From assembly GCA_031409335.1 (NCBI GenBank), contig JANNWY010000170.1:1-64000 (forward strand): 64,000 bases of DNA. Direction: 5' to 3'. The notes under the pieces were generated by a model, which was given only the letters and a program-made list of their open reading frames with translations, had not been told where the DNA came from and made no database searches. Below, one piece after another: positions 28,107 to 37,844 of the stretch (positions within the stretch are counted from its first letter, which is position 1; every line of letters starts with the position of its first letter). The translations under genes and the position numbers were made by a program. The DNA is from Chthoniobacteraceae bacterium (GTDB taxonomy: Bacteria > Verrucomicrobiota > Verrucomicrobiia > Chthoniobacterales > Chthoniobacteraceae).

Positions 28107-28153
28107 AAAAAACTGAAAGCCGCCCGGTTCCCCAACCGAGCGGCTTTCGTTTT
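28107..28153. terminator. Probable bidirectional intrinsic terminator
   Basis: aaaaaa-ct-GAAAGCCGCcCGGTT-cccc-AACCGaGCGGCTTTC-gtttt between convergent genes. Confidence 0.7.
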
Positions 28154-28274
28154 CCCCCATAATCGCAGCGCAGACGGATCGTTCCCCAACGATTGCCGCC
28201 GCGCTGATGTCCTTCCTCGGACGGAGCAAATCATAGCAGCTTGGCGGGTGGTGCGAGTGACAACTCGGCGAAGA

Positions 28275-29234
28275 TTATGTTCCGCTTTGATGAAGCGAGT
28301 TGGTCTTCGCCTGCTTGTTGCGCGTTGGCGGCTGCCACAGCTTCCCGGCCTTCAACCACTCGCCAACCAACTGCCGGAATGCGGTGGCGGGCGGTTCTTC
28401 ATGTTCCTCTTTCCATACCATGACGAGCGGCACCGTGCAGTGCGGCGTGAGCGGGGCTTTGGTCCAGCGGCTCGCCGCGTCGTGCTCGGCGAGGCTTTCC
28501 GGGACGATGCCGATGCCGGTGCCAGCCTCGACGTAACGCAGCACGGTGCTGATGACGCTCGGCGTGTGCGTGAGGCGTGGCGTGAAACCGGCGCGGCGAC
28601 AACCGGCGAGGATTTCATCGTGCAGACCCGCACCTTCGCGGCGGGCGAGGACGATCAGCGGTTCGCCCGCGAGTTTTTTCCACGGGAGCGAAGTTTTCCC
28701 CGCCCACTGATGCCGCTCGGGAATCGCCGCGCACAGACGCTCGCGGCGCAGCAGCAGCGTCTCCATGCGCAGCGCGGCGTGGGCGAGGACGGGGCGGGTG
28801 AGGCCGATATGGAGCCGGCCTTTCGCGACCATTTCCCAGACGCGCTCGGGCGTGCGCTCTTCGAGGTGGACGGTGACGTCGGGGCAGCGGCGCGCGTATT
28901 CAGCGAGGATGCGACCGAGGAATGCGTGAGTCGGCGGGCCGATGTAGCCGACGCGCAGTTCGCCGACCTGTCCGGCGGCGGCGCGGCGGACGCGGCGGGT
29001 GATTTGTTCGAGCCGCTCGAAAAGCAATCCGGTCTCCGAAAGCAGGACGCGCCCGGCTGCGGTGAGCGCGACGCTGCGCCGCGTGCGGGCGATGACTTCG
29101 ATGCCGAGTTCCGCCTCCAATTCCTTGAGCGCGCGGCTGAGCGCGGGCTGCACGACATTCAGCCGCCGGGCGGCGCGGGAAAAACTCAACTCCTCGGCGA
29201 TCGCTTGAAAGTAGCGGAGATGGCGGAGGTCCAT
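28275..29234 (-). CDS. LysR family regulator (HcaR/AlsR-like)
   Basis: MDLRHLRYF..IAEELSFSRAARRL..QPALSR. Confidence 0.95.
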   Translation of the reverse strand: MDLRHLRYFQAIAEELSFSRAARRLNVVQPALSRALKELEAELGIEVIARTRRSVALTAAGRVLLSETGLLFERLEQITRRVRRAAAGQVGELRVGYIGPPTHAFLGRILAEYARRCPDVTVHLEERTPERVWEMVAKGRLHIGLTRPVLAHAALRMETLLLRRERLCAAIPERHQWAGKTSLPWKKLAGEPLIVLARREGAGLHDEILAGCRRAGFTPRLTHTPSVISTVLRYVEAGTGIGIVPESLAEHDAASRWTKAPLTPHCTVPLVMVWKEEHEEPPATAFRQLVGEWLKAGKLWQPPTRNKQAKTNSLHQSGT

Positions 29235-29248
29235 GGCAGGCTTTCAAT

Positions 29249-29614
29249 TCAACGCCGCGCGGCTTTCACCGATGCGACGAGGATGCAAAACCCGGCGCAG
29301 CAGCAAAGCGCGAGGGTGTTTTCCCGTTCGTCCGGCGAGAACACGAGAACGAAGCCGCGGCCTTTCACGAGCGCGGCAAAGCTCGACACGCAGAACGGCA
29401 TGAGGAACAGCCGAAATGTCTGCCAGCGCCCCATCGCGCCGAGTCCCCGCCACGTGCTGATGACGAGTGCGACGCCGATGACGATGGCCAGCCCGAATGA
29501 CGTGAGCCACAACTCCAGGCTCGGATCGAAGTAACGCGTGACGAAAAAAACATACCAGATGAAGTAGCACCACAGGACGATCCTCCCGGCGGTCAGTGTC
29601 GCGAGATATTTCAT
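29249..29614 (-). CDS. Small membrane protein
   Basis: Four hydrophobic segments, same strand and 14 nt upstream of lysR. Confidence 0.7.
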   Translation of the reverse strand: MKYLATLTAGRIVLWCYFIWYVFFVTRYFDPSLELWLTSFGLAIVIGVALVISTWRGLGAMGRWQTFRLFLMPFCVSSFAALVKGRGFVLVFSPDERENTLALCCCAGFCILVASVKAARR

Positions 29615-29643
29615 GCGAACGAAGCGAAAGCATGGAACCGCGC

Positions 29644-29682
29644 TGATAACGACATGGCATCAATCTGATACCGATTGTCTAT
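29644..29682. promoter_or_regulatory. Tandem LysR-type T-N11-A boxes
   Basis: ATAA-N7-GCAT (29646-29660) and ATAC-N7-CTAT (29668-29682), 22 bp apart, in the divergent promoter region. Confidence 0.5.
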
Positions 29683-29726
29683 TTCCGTTACAAGCCGGCA
29701 CGCGCTACAAAACGCTCTCTAGCCCG

Positions 29727-31034
29727 ATGAACAACCTGCATCTCGCCGTCCAATTCTTTCTCCAAATCGCCGTCATCCTGCTGTTCTGCCGCGCAGTCGG
29801 CGCGGTGGCGCGGCGGTTTGGACAGCCGCAGGTCGTCGCGGAAATGGTTGCCGGCGTGCTGCTCGGCCCCTCGCTTTTTGGAATGCTCGCGCCGGATGCA
29901 CAGGCATGGCTTTTCCCGTGGGACAAGACGCAGGCGACCCGGGACACGCAGAGCTATTTGTTCCCCGCGTCGCAGCTCGGGCTGGCGCTTTACATGTTCG
30001 TGGTCGGCATGGAATTCCGCGTCGATATCGTCGCAAAGCGCATGAAGAGTGCGATCGCGGTGTCGGCGGCGGGAATGGTTGCGCCCTTCGTGCTCGGCGC
30101 GGGGCTGGCGTGGGTGTTTTTCCACTACACCGAGCTTTTCCCAAAGAAAACCTCGCTGATGGAGGCGATGCTTTTCCTCGGTGCTTCGATGTGCATCACC
30201 GCGTTTCCGATGCTGGCGCGGATCATCCATTTCAAAAAACTCTCCGGCACCACGATGGGCACCGTCGCGCTCGGCGCGGGGGCGCTGGATGATGCGACCG
30301 CGTGGTGCCTGCTCGCCGTGGTGCTCGCGAGCTTCGACGACAACTGGAGCCACGCATGGGTGAACATCGGCGGCGGCGTGGGTTACGTGGCCTTCACGCT
30401 GCTGCTGGTAAAACCGCTCCTCGCCCGTGCAAAAGACCTGCTGGTCTCGGACGGCACGCTCACCGAAGCCGGCCTGGTGATCGGGCTCGCGCTGATGGCG
30501 CTCGGCGCGTGGTTCACGGATTTGATCGGGCTGCACGCGGTCTTCGGCGCATTCGTGATGGGTGCCGCGATGCCGCGCGGAGTCGTGGCGCGCGATCTCA
30601 TCGGCCGCATCCAGCCGCTCACCGTCGCGCTGCTGCTGCCGCTTTTTTTCACCTACTCCGGGCTCAATACGAAAATCGGCCTGCTGAACACCGGCTTCCT
30701 GTGGCTGATGTGCGGTGCCGTGCTCATCGCGGCGATCCTGGGAAAAGGCGTGGCCTGCTGGCTGGCTGCGCGTGCGACGGGAATTTCAAACCGCGAGTCG
30801 CTCGGCATCGGCGTGCTCATGAATGCGCGCGGCCTGATGGAACTCATCATCATCAACATCGGCCTCCAGCGCGGGATCATCTCGGAAGGCTTGTTTGCGA
30901 CCCTCGTCATCATGGCCGTCGTCACGACCTTGATGGCCTCGCCAATCTTCGAGCGCCTGGTCGGCACCGGCCTGCCTGTCTCCGATCCGGAGGGGGCACC
31001 GCCCGGAAATGCGATCGCGCCCGCGAAGCGCTGA
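29727..31034 (+). CDS. Cation:proton antiporter (CPA2 family)
   Basis: GQPQVVAEMVAGVLLGPS, ITAFPMLARI, ALDDATAW, LMNARGLMELI. Confidence 0.92.
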   Translation: MNNLHLAVQFFLQIAVILLFCRAVGAVARRFGQPQVVAEMVAGVLLGPSLFGMLAPDAQAWLFPWDKTQATRDTQSYLFPASQLGLALYMFVVGMEFRVDIVAKRMKSAIAVSAAGMVAPFVLGAGLAWVFFHYTELFPKKTSLMEAMLFLGASMCITAFPMLARIIHFKKLSGTTMGTVALGAGALDDATAWCLLAVVLASFDDNWSHAWVNIGGGVGYVAFTLLLVKPLLARAKDLLVSDGTLTEAGLVIGLALMALGAWFTDLIGLHAVFGAFVMGAAMPRGVVARDLIGRIQPLTVALLLPLFFTYSGLNTKIGLLNTGFLWLMCGAVLIAAILGKGVACWLAARATGISNRESLGIGVLMNARGLMELIIINIGLQRGIISEGLFATLVIMAVVTTLMASPIFERLVGTGLPVSDPEGAPPGNAIAPAKR

Positions 31035-31097
31035 GTGAGCGCGAGGATTCGCTCCGTCTAAGTTTTTCGCGCCCTCCCGAATTGATCGGTAGCCGCC

Positions 31098-33752
31098 ATG
31101 CATCCCCATTTCCCATACTCTCTCCGCATCTCCAGTATCGCCGCCCTTTCCGCGGCTCTCCTGGCATCCGCCCAGGCGCAGGAGAAGATCACTTACAACG
31201 ACCACATCCTGCCGATCTTTCGCAATGCGTGCCTGAATTGCCACAACCCGGACAAGAAAAAGGCGGGGCTCGATCTTTCGACGTATCCGGCGACGATCCA
31301 GGGGAGCGAAAACGGGAAAGTCGTGCAGTCGGGAAATGCGGGAGGGAGTTTGCTTTTCAAGTGCGTGAAGCAGACTGAGGAGCCGAAGATGCCGCCGAAA
31401 GGCGACAAGCTCACGGATCAGGATTTGTCGATCATCGAGAAATGGATCGTGGGGCAACTCCTGGAGACGGCCACGGGCAAGGCGGTCGCGACGGCGGCGA
31501 ATAATGTGCAGACGGCAGTGGTCTCGCTCACGCGCCCGGATGGTCCGCCGCCGATGCCGGGGCAACTCCCGCTCGAGCCGGTGGTGCGGACGCGGGTGAC
31601 GAATGCCGTGACCGCGCTGGCCGCGAGTCCGTGGGCGCCGCTGGTGGCGATCGGCGGGCAGAAACAGATCGCCCTTTACAACACGGACACGCTGGAACTG
31701 CTCGGCGTGCTGCCGTTCCCGGAGGGGTTTCCGGAAATCATCCGCTTTAGTCGCAATGGGCAGCTCCTGCTGACGGGCGGCGGACTCGGCGGGAAGTCGG
31801 GCAAGGTGGCGCTGTGGGACATCAAGACGGGCGAACGGATCGGCTCGGTGGGCAATGAAGTGGACCAGGTGCTCGCGGCGGACCTCAGCGCGGATCAGCA
31901 ATTCGTTGCGTTGGGCGGGCCGAACAAGCTGGTGAAAATTTACGCGACGAAGGATGGCAGCCTCGTCACTTCGATCAAGAAACACACCGACTGGATCACC
32001 GCGATCGCCTACTCGCCGGACGGTCGTTTTCTCGCGACAGCGGATCGCAACGGCGGCATCCAGGTCTGGGAAGGGCCGACCGGGAAGGAATACAACACGC
32101 TCCCCGGCCACAAGGTCCGCGTCACGGCGATGTCGTTCATGACGGGCGTGCTCGCGTCCTCGAGCGAGGATGGGAAAGTCGCGCTGTGGGATGTGAAAGA
32201 GGCGAAGGAAATTCGGAGCTGGGCCGCGCATCCGGGCGGCGCGGCGTGGGTCGATTTCTCACCGGATGGACGCATCGTTTCGTGCGGGCGGGATAAAATC
32301 GCGAAGGTGTGGGATCAGACCGGGAAGGAACTCGGGAAGACCGCGCCCTTCGCGGACATCGCGCTCCGGGCCGCGCTCAGCAACGAGCGGATCGTCGCGG
32401 GGGACTGGACGGGTGCGATCCGCGTCAGTGCCATCGACGGCAAGCCGCTGGGCGAGTTGAGCGCGAATCCGCCAACGCTTCAGGATCGGATCGCGGCGTC
32501 GCAAAAAAAGCTAACCGACGCGCAGGCTGCCCTCGCGCCGCTGCAGCAGGCGCTCGCCGCCGTGGAGGGAAAACTTGCCGCGGAGAAGGCTGCGCCACCC
32601 GCCGCGCCGATGGTGACGCAAGCCGCCGAACTTCAAAAACAACTCGACGCGGTCTCCGCCGAAATCGCGAAACGCCGGGCCGATCGCGCGACGAAAAAGG
32701 AAGGCACGCCCGAATACACCGCCGCGGACGCGCTCGTGCAGGGAATCAAACCCGACCTCGAAAAAGCCACCGCCGCACTCGCCGCAGCCCAAGCCGCACC
32801 CGCGACGCCAGCCGCGCCCAAACCTTCACCCACCGCGGAGGAAGTCGCGAAAGCGAAAGCGGCATTCGACCAGGCGAACGCGCAAATCGCCACCGCAAAC
32901 GCTGAACTGGGCCGCTGGAAACTCGCGCAGATTTTCCAAACCGTTCACAATTCCAAACGCACGCTTGCCGACAAACAGGCGCAGTATGATGGCTTCGTGG
33001 AAGCCGCGAAAACCGCGCTCGCGCCAGTGGACAAAACCAAGGCTGACATCTCCGCGGCAGAAAAAGCGATCGCCGATGCGCCCGCGCAATTGACCGAAAA
33101 GGAGACGCTCGCCGCGCAGACACGAGCCACCGCCGAACCGTTGAGCAAAGCCATCGGTGCCGCGGAAGCAGCATTGACCGAAAAGGAAAAGACCCTCGCG
33201 GGAATGGTCGAGGCAGCGAAGAAAATGGCCGGCAACGTGGATGAACTGACGAAGAAACTCACGGCCCAAACCGCTGACATCGAGAAGCGCCGCGCCGACC
33301 GCGCGACAAAAACCGACGGCACGCCGGAATACGCCGCCGCTGATAAATTGGTGCAGGATCTCAAACCGGAAATCGCCGCGACCGAAGCCGCCATCGCCGC
33401 AGCGAAAGCCGGAACGCCGACCGTCGAATCCGCCGAGATCAAAGCGGTGCTCGCCGAAGTGGCGAAGATGAAAGAGACGCTCACCGCCTCGCGCACCGAA
33501 GCAAAGGCCGCCTCGGATAAAGCCACCGCTGCCGAGCAGGCGCTCGCCGCCGCAAAAGCCGGAGCCGAACAAGCCGCAAAACAACTCGCCGACCTCCGTG
33601 CCAAACTTCCCGCAATCACCAAGACCGCCGAGGCGGCGAAAGCCGAAGCCGAGCGCGCCACGGCAGTGACCGAAAAGGAACTCGCCGCCGCGAAAGCCGA
33701 CACGGAAAAACGCCGCGCCGACTACGACACGGCTGCGCAGGCAAAGCTGTAG
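31098..33752 (+). CDS. Planctomycete-type cytochrome c domain + WD40 + Ala/Lys coiled-coil protein
   Basis: Signal peptide, CLNCH heme motif, GLDL...MPPKG, WD40 repeats, about 420-aa coiled-coil tail. Confidence 0.88.
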   Translation: MHPHFPYSLRISSIAALSAALLASAQAQEKITYNDHILPIFRNACLNCHNPDKKKAGLDLSTYPATIQGSENGKVVQSGNAGGSLLFKCVKQTEEPKMPPKGDKLTDQDLSIIEKWIVGQLLETATGKAVATAANNVQTAVVSLTRPDGPPPMPGQLPLEPVVRTRVTNAVTALAASPWAPLVAIGGQKQIALYNTDTLELLGVLPFPEGFPEIIRFSRNGQLLLTGGGLGGKSGKVALWDIKTGERIGSVGNEVDQVLAADLSADQQFVALGGPNKLVKIYATKDGSLVTSIKKHTDWITAIAYSPDGRFLATADRNGGIQVWEGPTGKEYNTLPGHKVRVTAMSFMTGVLASSSEDGKVALWDVKEAKEIRSWAAHPGGAAWVDFSPDGRIVSCGRDKIAKVWDQTGKELGKTAPFADIALRAALSNERIVAGDWTGAIRVSAIDGKPLGELSANPPTLQDRIAASQKKLTDAQAALAPLQQALAAVEGKLAAEKAAPPAAPMVTQAAELQKQLDAVSAEIAKRRADRATKKEGTPEYTAADALVQGIKPDLEKATAALAAAQAAPATPAAPKPSPTAEEVAKAKAAFDQANAQIATANAELGRWKLAQIFQTVHNSKRTLADKQAQYDGFVEAAKTALAPVDKTKADISAAEKAIADAPAQLTEKETLAAQTRATAEPLSKAIGAAEAALTEKEKTLAGMVEAAKKMAGNVDELTKKLTAQTADIEKRRADRATKTDGTPEYAAADKLVQDLKPEIAATEAAIAAAKAGTPTVESAEIKAVLAEVAKMKETLTASRTEAKAASDKATAAEQALAAAKAGAEQAAKQLADLRAKLPAITKTAEAAKAEAERATAVTEKELAAAKADTEKRRADYDTAAQAKL

Positions 33753-33772
33753 CAGCGAGGAGGCGCAAAAAT

Positions 33773-33849
33773 GTAGGCGAGGTTTGCAACCTCGCTCCGC
33801 GGCTCCGCCGCGCTTCGCTCGTCGGCGCGAGGTTGCCAACCTCGCCTAC
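33773..33849. repeat. GTAG-family REP doublet (inverted pair)
   Basis: GTAGGCGAGGTTTGCAACCTCGC ... GCGAGGTTGCCAACCTCGCCTAC between convergent genes. Confidence 0.8.
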
Positions 33850-33864
33850 TTTCCTCCTGCGTCG

Positions 33865-35757
33865 CTAGCCGGCCGCAGCCTTGATCGCCTCCAGCTCATC
33901 CCACCGCACATACAGCCGCGCGACGGTCTTCTTCGCCGCCTCGTGCCGCGCTTCGAACTCCGGCCAGTCGTTCCCATGCTTCGCGTAGAAATCCGCTGCG
34001 GTGAGCGTCGCTTCGAGATTCGCAACTTCCGCTTCGGCGGCGTGAATTTCCGCTTCGATCGTTTCGAGTTCGCGCTCTTCCTTGTACTTTAGTTTGCGCA
34101 GCTTTTCCTTCGGCGCGGACGGCGCGGTTTTCGCGGGCGCGGCTTTAGTAAAAGCGGCCGCCCTCGCCGACTGCTGCGCGCGCTTTTCCAAGTAGTAGTC
34201 GTAGTTGCCGACGTTCACGGTGATGACGCCATCACCCTCAAACGCGAGGATGTGCGTGCAGACGCGATTCAGAAAATAGCGATCGTGGCTGACGACGATC
34301 ACGCTTCCTTTGAAGGCCACGAGCGCTTCTTCGAGCAGCCGCAGCGTGGCGAGATCGAGGTCATTCGTCGGCTCGTCGAGGATGATCACATTGCCTCCGC
34401 GCTTCAGGATTTTCGCGAGCATGATGCGGCTGCGTTCGCCGCCGCTGAGGTGCTCGATTTTCGTGTTGATGCGGTCTTCGGTGAAAAGAAAACGCCGCAG
34501 GTAACTGCGCAGGGTGATCTGCTCATCGCCGAGCGCCATGTGTTCGCGGCCTTCGCCCACTTCCTCCCACACGGTCTTGTTTTCATCGAGCATCAGCCGG
34601 TTTTGATCGACGTAGTTGATCTGCGTGCGCGACCCGATTTCCACTTCGCCGCGTGTCGGCGCGAGTTCGCCGAGGATGCATTTCAGCAGCGAACTTTTCC
34701 CCAGCCCATTGCGCCCGACCACGCCGAGCCGCGAGCCCGCGGGCAAATCCAGATCCACTTCGTCGAACAGCGTACGCCCGCCCAAATCGAGCCCGACGCC
34801 GCGCAATTCCACGATCCGATTCGCCGTCTTCGGCGCAGGCGGAATGATGAGCTCCACATCGATCTCCTGCTCCGGCGCTTCCTGTCCGGCCATTTCAAAA
34901 TAACGCTCGATCCGGTCCACGGATTTCGTCCGCCGCGCGCGCGGCCCTTTGCGCACCCACTCGAGTTCATGCTTCAAGAACTTCTGCCGCTTCCGCTCCT
35001 GTTCTTCCTCGACGCCGACGCGCTGCGCTTTCGCCAGCAGGAAATCATTGTAGCCGCCGTCGTAGCTCAGGAATTGCCCGCGCTGCAACTCGACGACGCG
35101 CGTCGCGATGCGATCGAGAAAATAGCGGTCGTGCGTGACGAACAGGCACGCGCCGGGATAGCGCGCGAGGAAATCCTCCAGCCACTCGATGCTGCCGGTG
35201 TCGAGATGGTTCGTCGGCTCGTCGAGGATGAGAAAATCCGGCCGCGCCAGCAGCGCACGGCACAGCGAGACGCGTCGCTTTTCTCCGCCGGAAAGCGTGC
35301 CGACGAGCCGCGACTGATCGGGCGCGTGCAGATTCGTGACGAGACTGGTCGCGCGCTGCTCCAGATTCCAGCCATCGAAATGTTCGATCTGGCCGAGCAC
35401 TTCCGCGCTGCGCGCGCTCTCCGGCGGCGCGGTCTCGTATTCCGCGATCAAGTCGAGCACGAGCTGCGCGCCCGCCAGGATGTTTGCCTGCACGGTCTGC
35501 GAATCATCCAGCCCGAACACCTGCGGCAGATAGCCCGTCACGAGTTCGCGCCGCCGCGTGAGCTGCCCGCCATCCGGCTCCAGCACGCCCGCCGCGATGC
35601 GCAGGAAGGTCGATTTCCCGCAGCCGTTCCGACCCACGAGTCCGACGCGTTCGCCTTCGTTGATCGTCAGCGTGGCGCGGTCGAGCACAGTCTGCGTGCC
35701 ATAGCGCACCAGCAGTTCGCTGGCGCTCACGATCGCGTTGAGATTCGGTTCAGACAT
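33865..35757 (-). CDS. uup: ABC-F family ATPase (Uup-like)
   Basis: Two NBDs (GRNGCGKST, GRNGLGKSS), LSGGE, LDEPTN twice, C-terminal KLKYKEERELE coiled coil. Confidence 0.85.
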   Translation of the reverse strand: MSEPNLNAIVSASELLVRYGTQTVLDRATLTINEGERVGLVGRNGCGKSTFLRIAAGVLEPDGGQLTRRRELVTGYLPQVFGLDDSQTVQANILAGAQLVLDLIAEYETAPPESARSAEVLGQIEHFDGWNLEQRATSLVTNLHAPDQSRLVGTLSGGEKRRVSLCRALLARPDFLILDEPTNHLDTGSIEWLEDFLARYPGACLFVTHDRYFLDRIATRVVELQRGQFLSYDGGYNDFLLAKAQRVGVEEEQERKRQKFLKHELEWVRKGPRARRTKSVDRIERYFEMAGQEAPEQEIDVELIIPPAPKTANRIVELRGVGLDLGGRTLFDEVDLDLPAGSRLGVVGRNGLGKSSLLKCILGELAPTRGEVEIGSRTQINYVDQNRLMLDENKTVWEEVGEGREHMALGDEQITLRSYLRRFLFTEDRINTKIEHLSGGERSRIMLAKILKRGGNVIILDEPTNDLDLATLRLLEEALVAFKGSVIVVSHDRYFLNRVCTHILAFEGDGVITVNVGNYDYYLEKRAQQSARAAAFTKAAPAKTAPSAPKEKLRKLKYKEERELETIEAEIHAAEAEVANLEATLTAADFYAKHGNDWPEFEARHEAAKKTVARLYVRWDELEAIKAAAG

Positions 35758-35870
35758 GAAAAAAAGGGACGCGCTCTTCGCACCGAATCGCGCCGCGCGC
35801 CATTGCGAATTCGGTGCCAACCAAGATCAAGAGAAACCGGCGACCGTACTTCGTGCGTCTGCGACCGGCG

Positions 35871-36626
35871 TTATTTCACGCATTGGAAATGCAGCGCGAG
35901 TTCGACGCTTCGGTCGAGTGAGTCGTCGGGAAGTGCAAGGCCGGTCTCGCTGGAGATCACGTGGACGGCGGTGAAGCCATGGCTTTCCAAGGCTAGCTGC
36001 TGCGCGCGCGGCCGGACATAGACGTGTTTCAAGACCCCCTCGTCGCCATAGACACCGTCCCAGAAAAGCGCCACGTCCTGGCCAGCGTAGTCCGCGAAGG
36101 GTGCATTGAAGCGGCGGATCGCGGCGCGGCGGCCGGCGTCGAGCAGCGAGAGCGCTCCGTAAGACGCTTCAATGGCCTGCAAATTATGCGCGGAAAAAAG
36201 AAAAGTCCCGCCCGTGCGGAGGACGCGGAAGACTTCGCGCAGGCAATCCGCGCGGCGTGCGGGCGCGAGGCAGTCGAGCCCATTGCAACTGAAGAGCACG
36301 ACGTCGAAAGCCGCATCCGCGCAGGATTTCAGCGCTGCCGCATCCTCCACGCGAAAGGCGAAGTCCGCCGCGCCGCGATAGTCCGCAAAGCGCTCGCGGC
36401 AGAAGTCGATCATGCGCGAAGCGATATCGAGGCCGAGGTAATGGCGGACGAAGGGGAGAAAGAAAAACGATGTTCGCCCCGCGCCGACGCCGAGGTCGAG
36501 CATGTCCACCTTTCCCGCCCGCGCCGTCACCACCTGCAAGAGCCGCGCCTCCGCGGGTGCCAGCAGCGAGGTGAGATAGTGACTGGCGATCTCCGGGCGG
36601 TTGTAGATTTCAGCGAAGGGATTCAT
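35871..36626 (-). CDS. Class I SAM-dependent methyltransferase
   Basis: MLDLGVGAGRT, GLDI, FDVV, RVLRTGGTFLFS. Confidence 0.88.
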   Translation of the reverse strand: MNPFAEIYNRPEIASHYLTSLLAPAEARLLQVVTARAGKVDMLDLGVGAGRTSFFFLPFVRHYLGLDIASRMIDFCRERFADYRGAADFAFRVEDAAALKSCADAAFDVVLFSCNGLDCLAPARRADCLREVFRVLRTGGTFLFSAHNLQAIEASYGALSLLDAGRRAAIRRFNAPFADYAGQDVALFWDGVYGDEGVLKHVYVRPRAQQLALESHGFTAVHVISSETGLALPDDSLDRSVELALHFQCVK

Positions 36627-36656
36627 GCGCGCCGGGAAAACGCCGGCATGATTGCC

Positions 36657-36923
36657 CTACTCCTGCCGCCGGTCGATTTCCTCGAACAACTTCACAAACC
36701 CGAGCACGAGCAGCGCGGGGCGGACCAGCGCCAGCGCAAGTCGGATCAGCGCCGCGGCGATCCGGCCGACCGGGAAAACTGCCACGACGAGGCCGGCTGC
36801 GAAGGCGTAACCGGCGGCTTTGACGGGTTCGTCGCGGATGGTTTTTTCCGCGCAGGCGGTCCAGCCGCGGACGCGGTCTTGAAATCCGGCGCAGCATTCC
36901 GTGGAAGATTCTGGTTCTGACAT
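36657..36923 (-). CDS. Small membrane protein (ElaB/YqjD-like motif)
   Basis: IRDEPVKAAGYAFAAGLV followed by a hydrophobic tail. Start uncertain. Confidence 0.6.
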   Translation of the reverse strand: MSEPESSTECCAGFQDRVRGWTACAEKTIRDEPVKAAGYAFAAGLVVAVFPVGRIAAALIRLALALVRPALLVLGFVKLFEEIDRRQE

Positions 36924-37042
36924 ACTAGGTCGAGAATAGAGCATGGCAGCGGGGAAAGGCGAGCGTGGCGCGCAACGCTCCGGTCGAGATGACGGGTTTT
37001 CGCGGTGGATATTCTCAATGCTAAATCCTTAAATCCTCGGCG

Positions 37043-37729
37043 ATGCCCGAAAACTTTCCGCCCGCCGCACCGCTCGACGCCGCCTACGTCACCGCGATGT
37101 CGCATTTCTACCGTGGCGAACTCGGGCGCATCATGTCCTGGCGGCAGCGGCTCGACATCACGACGAGCTGGGCGATCACCGTCACGTCCTCGATTTTCAC
37201 CGTCGCGTTTTCGTTTCGCGAAGTCCCGCATCTCATCTTCTTTTTCAATATCGCCGTCGTCTGGGTGCTGCTCTGGATCGAGGCGCGGCGCTACCGTTTT
37301 TACGACGCCTTTCGCGCCCGCGTGCGGATGCTCGAAGCGCATTTCCTCGTCCCGATCGTCGCTCAGAACAACGCGCTGCTTCAGGGCGATTGGAAAAAAC
37401 TGGTCTGCGAAGACCTGCTGCTGCCTTCCTTCAAAATCAGCCGCTTTGAAGCGGTCGGACGCCGGCTGAAACGCAATTACGCCTTCATCTTCCTCATCAT
37501 CATGGTCGCGTGGATCACGAAGATTTTTCTCCACGCCGAACCGCACATCGATTCGTTCGGATCGTTTTACCAGGCGCTCGGCGTGAAACCCTCGATCCCG
37601 AGCTGGTTCGTCGCCGTGATCTTCGCCGTCACCTTTTTCAGCGTCGTCGGCATCGTGATCCATATCGCCCGGAAGAGCACGGGCGAGATCAGCGAATTCG
37701 GCACCCACCGCGCGGGGTGGAAGATCTGA
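37043..37729 (+). CDS. DUF2270 family membrane protein
   Basis: HFYRGE..R...WRQRLDITTSWA, IEARRYRFYD. Confidence 0.88.
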   Translation: MPENFPPAAPLDAAYVTAMSHFYRGELGRIMSWRQRLDITTSWAITVTSSIFTVAFSFREVPHLIFFFNIAVVWVLLWIEARRYRFYDAFRARVRMLEAHFLVPIVAQNNALLQGDWKKLVCEDLLLPSFKISRFEAVGRRLKRNYAFIFLIIMVAWITKIFLHAEPHIDSFGSFYQALGVKPSIPSWFVAVIFAVTFFSVVGIVIHIARKSTGEISEFGTHRAGWKI

Positions 37730-37844
37730 GGGAGTTCGAAAAGCCGCTGCCGCCTCCCCGGCATTTTCCAAGCCGCCTTGTGACACAAACTTCCGTTGGC
37801 GGACGCCGGGCCGCTGCGTTATTCTCGGTGCCCTTTCCCGAAAA

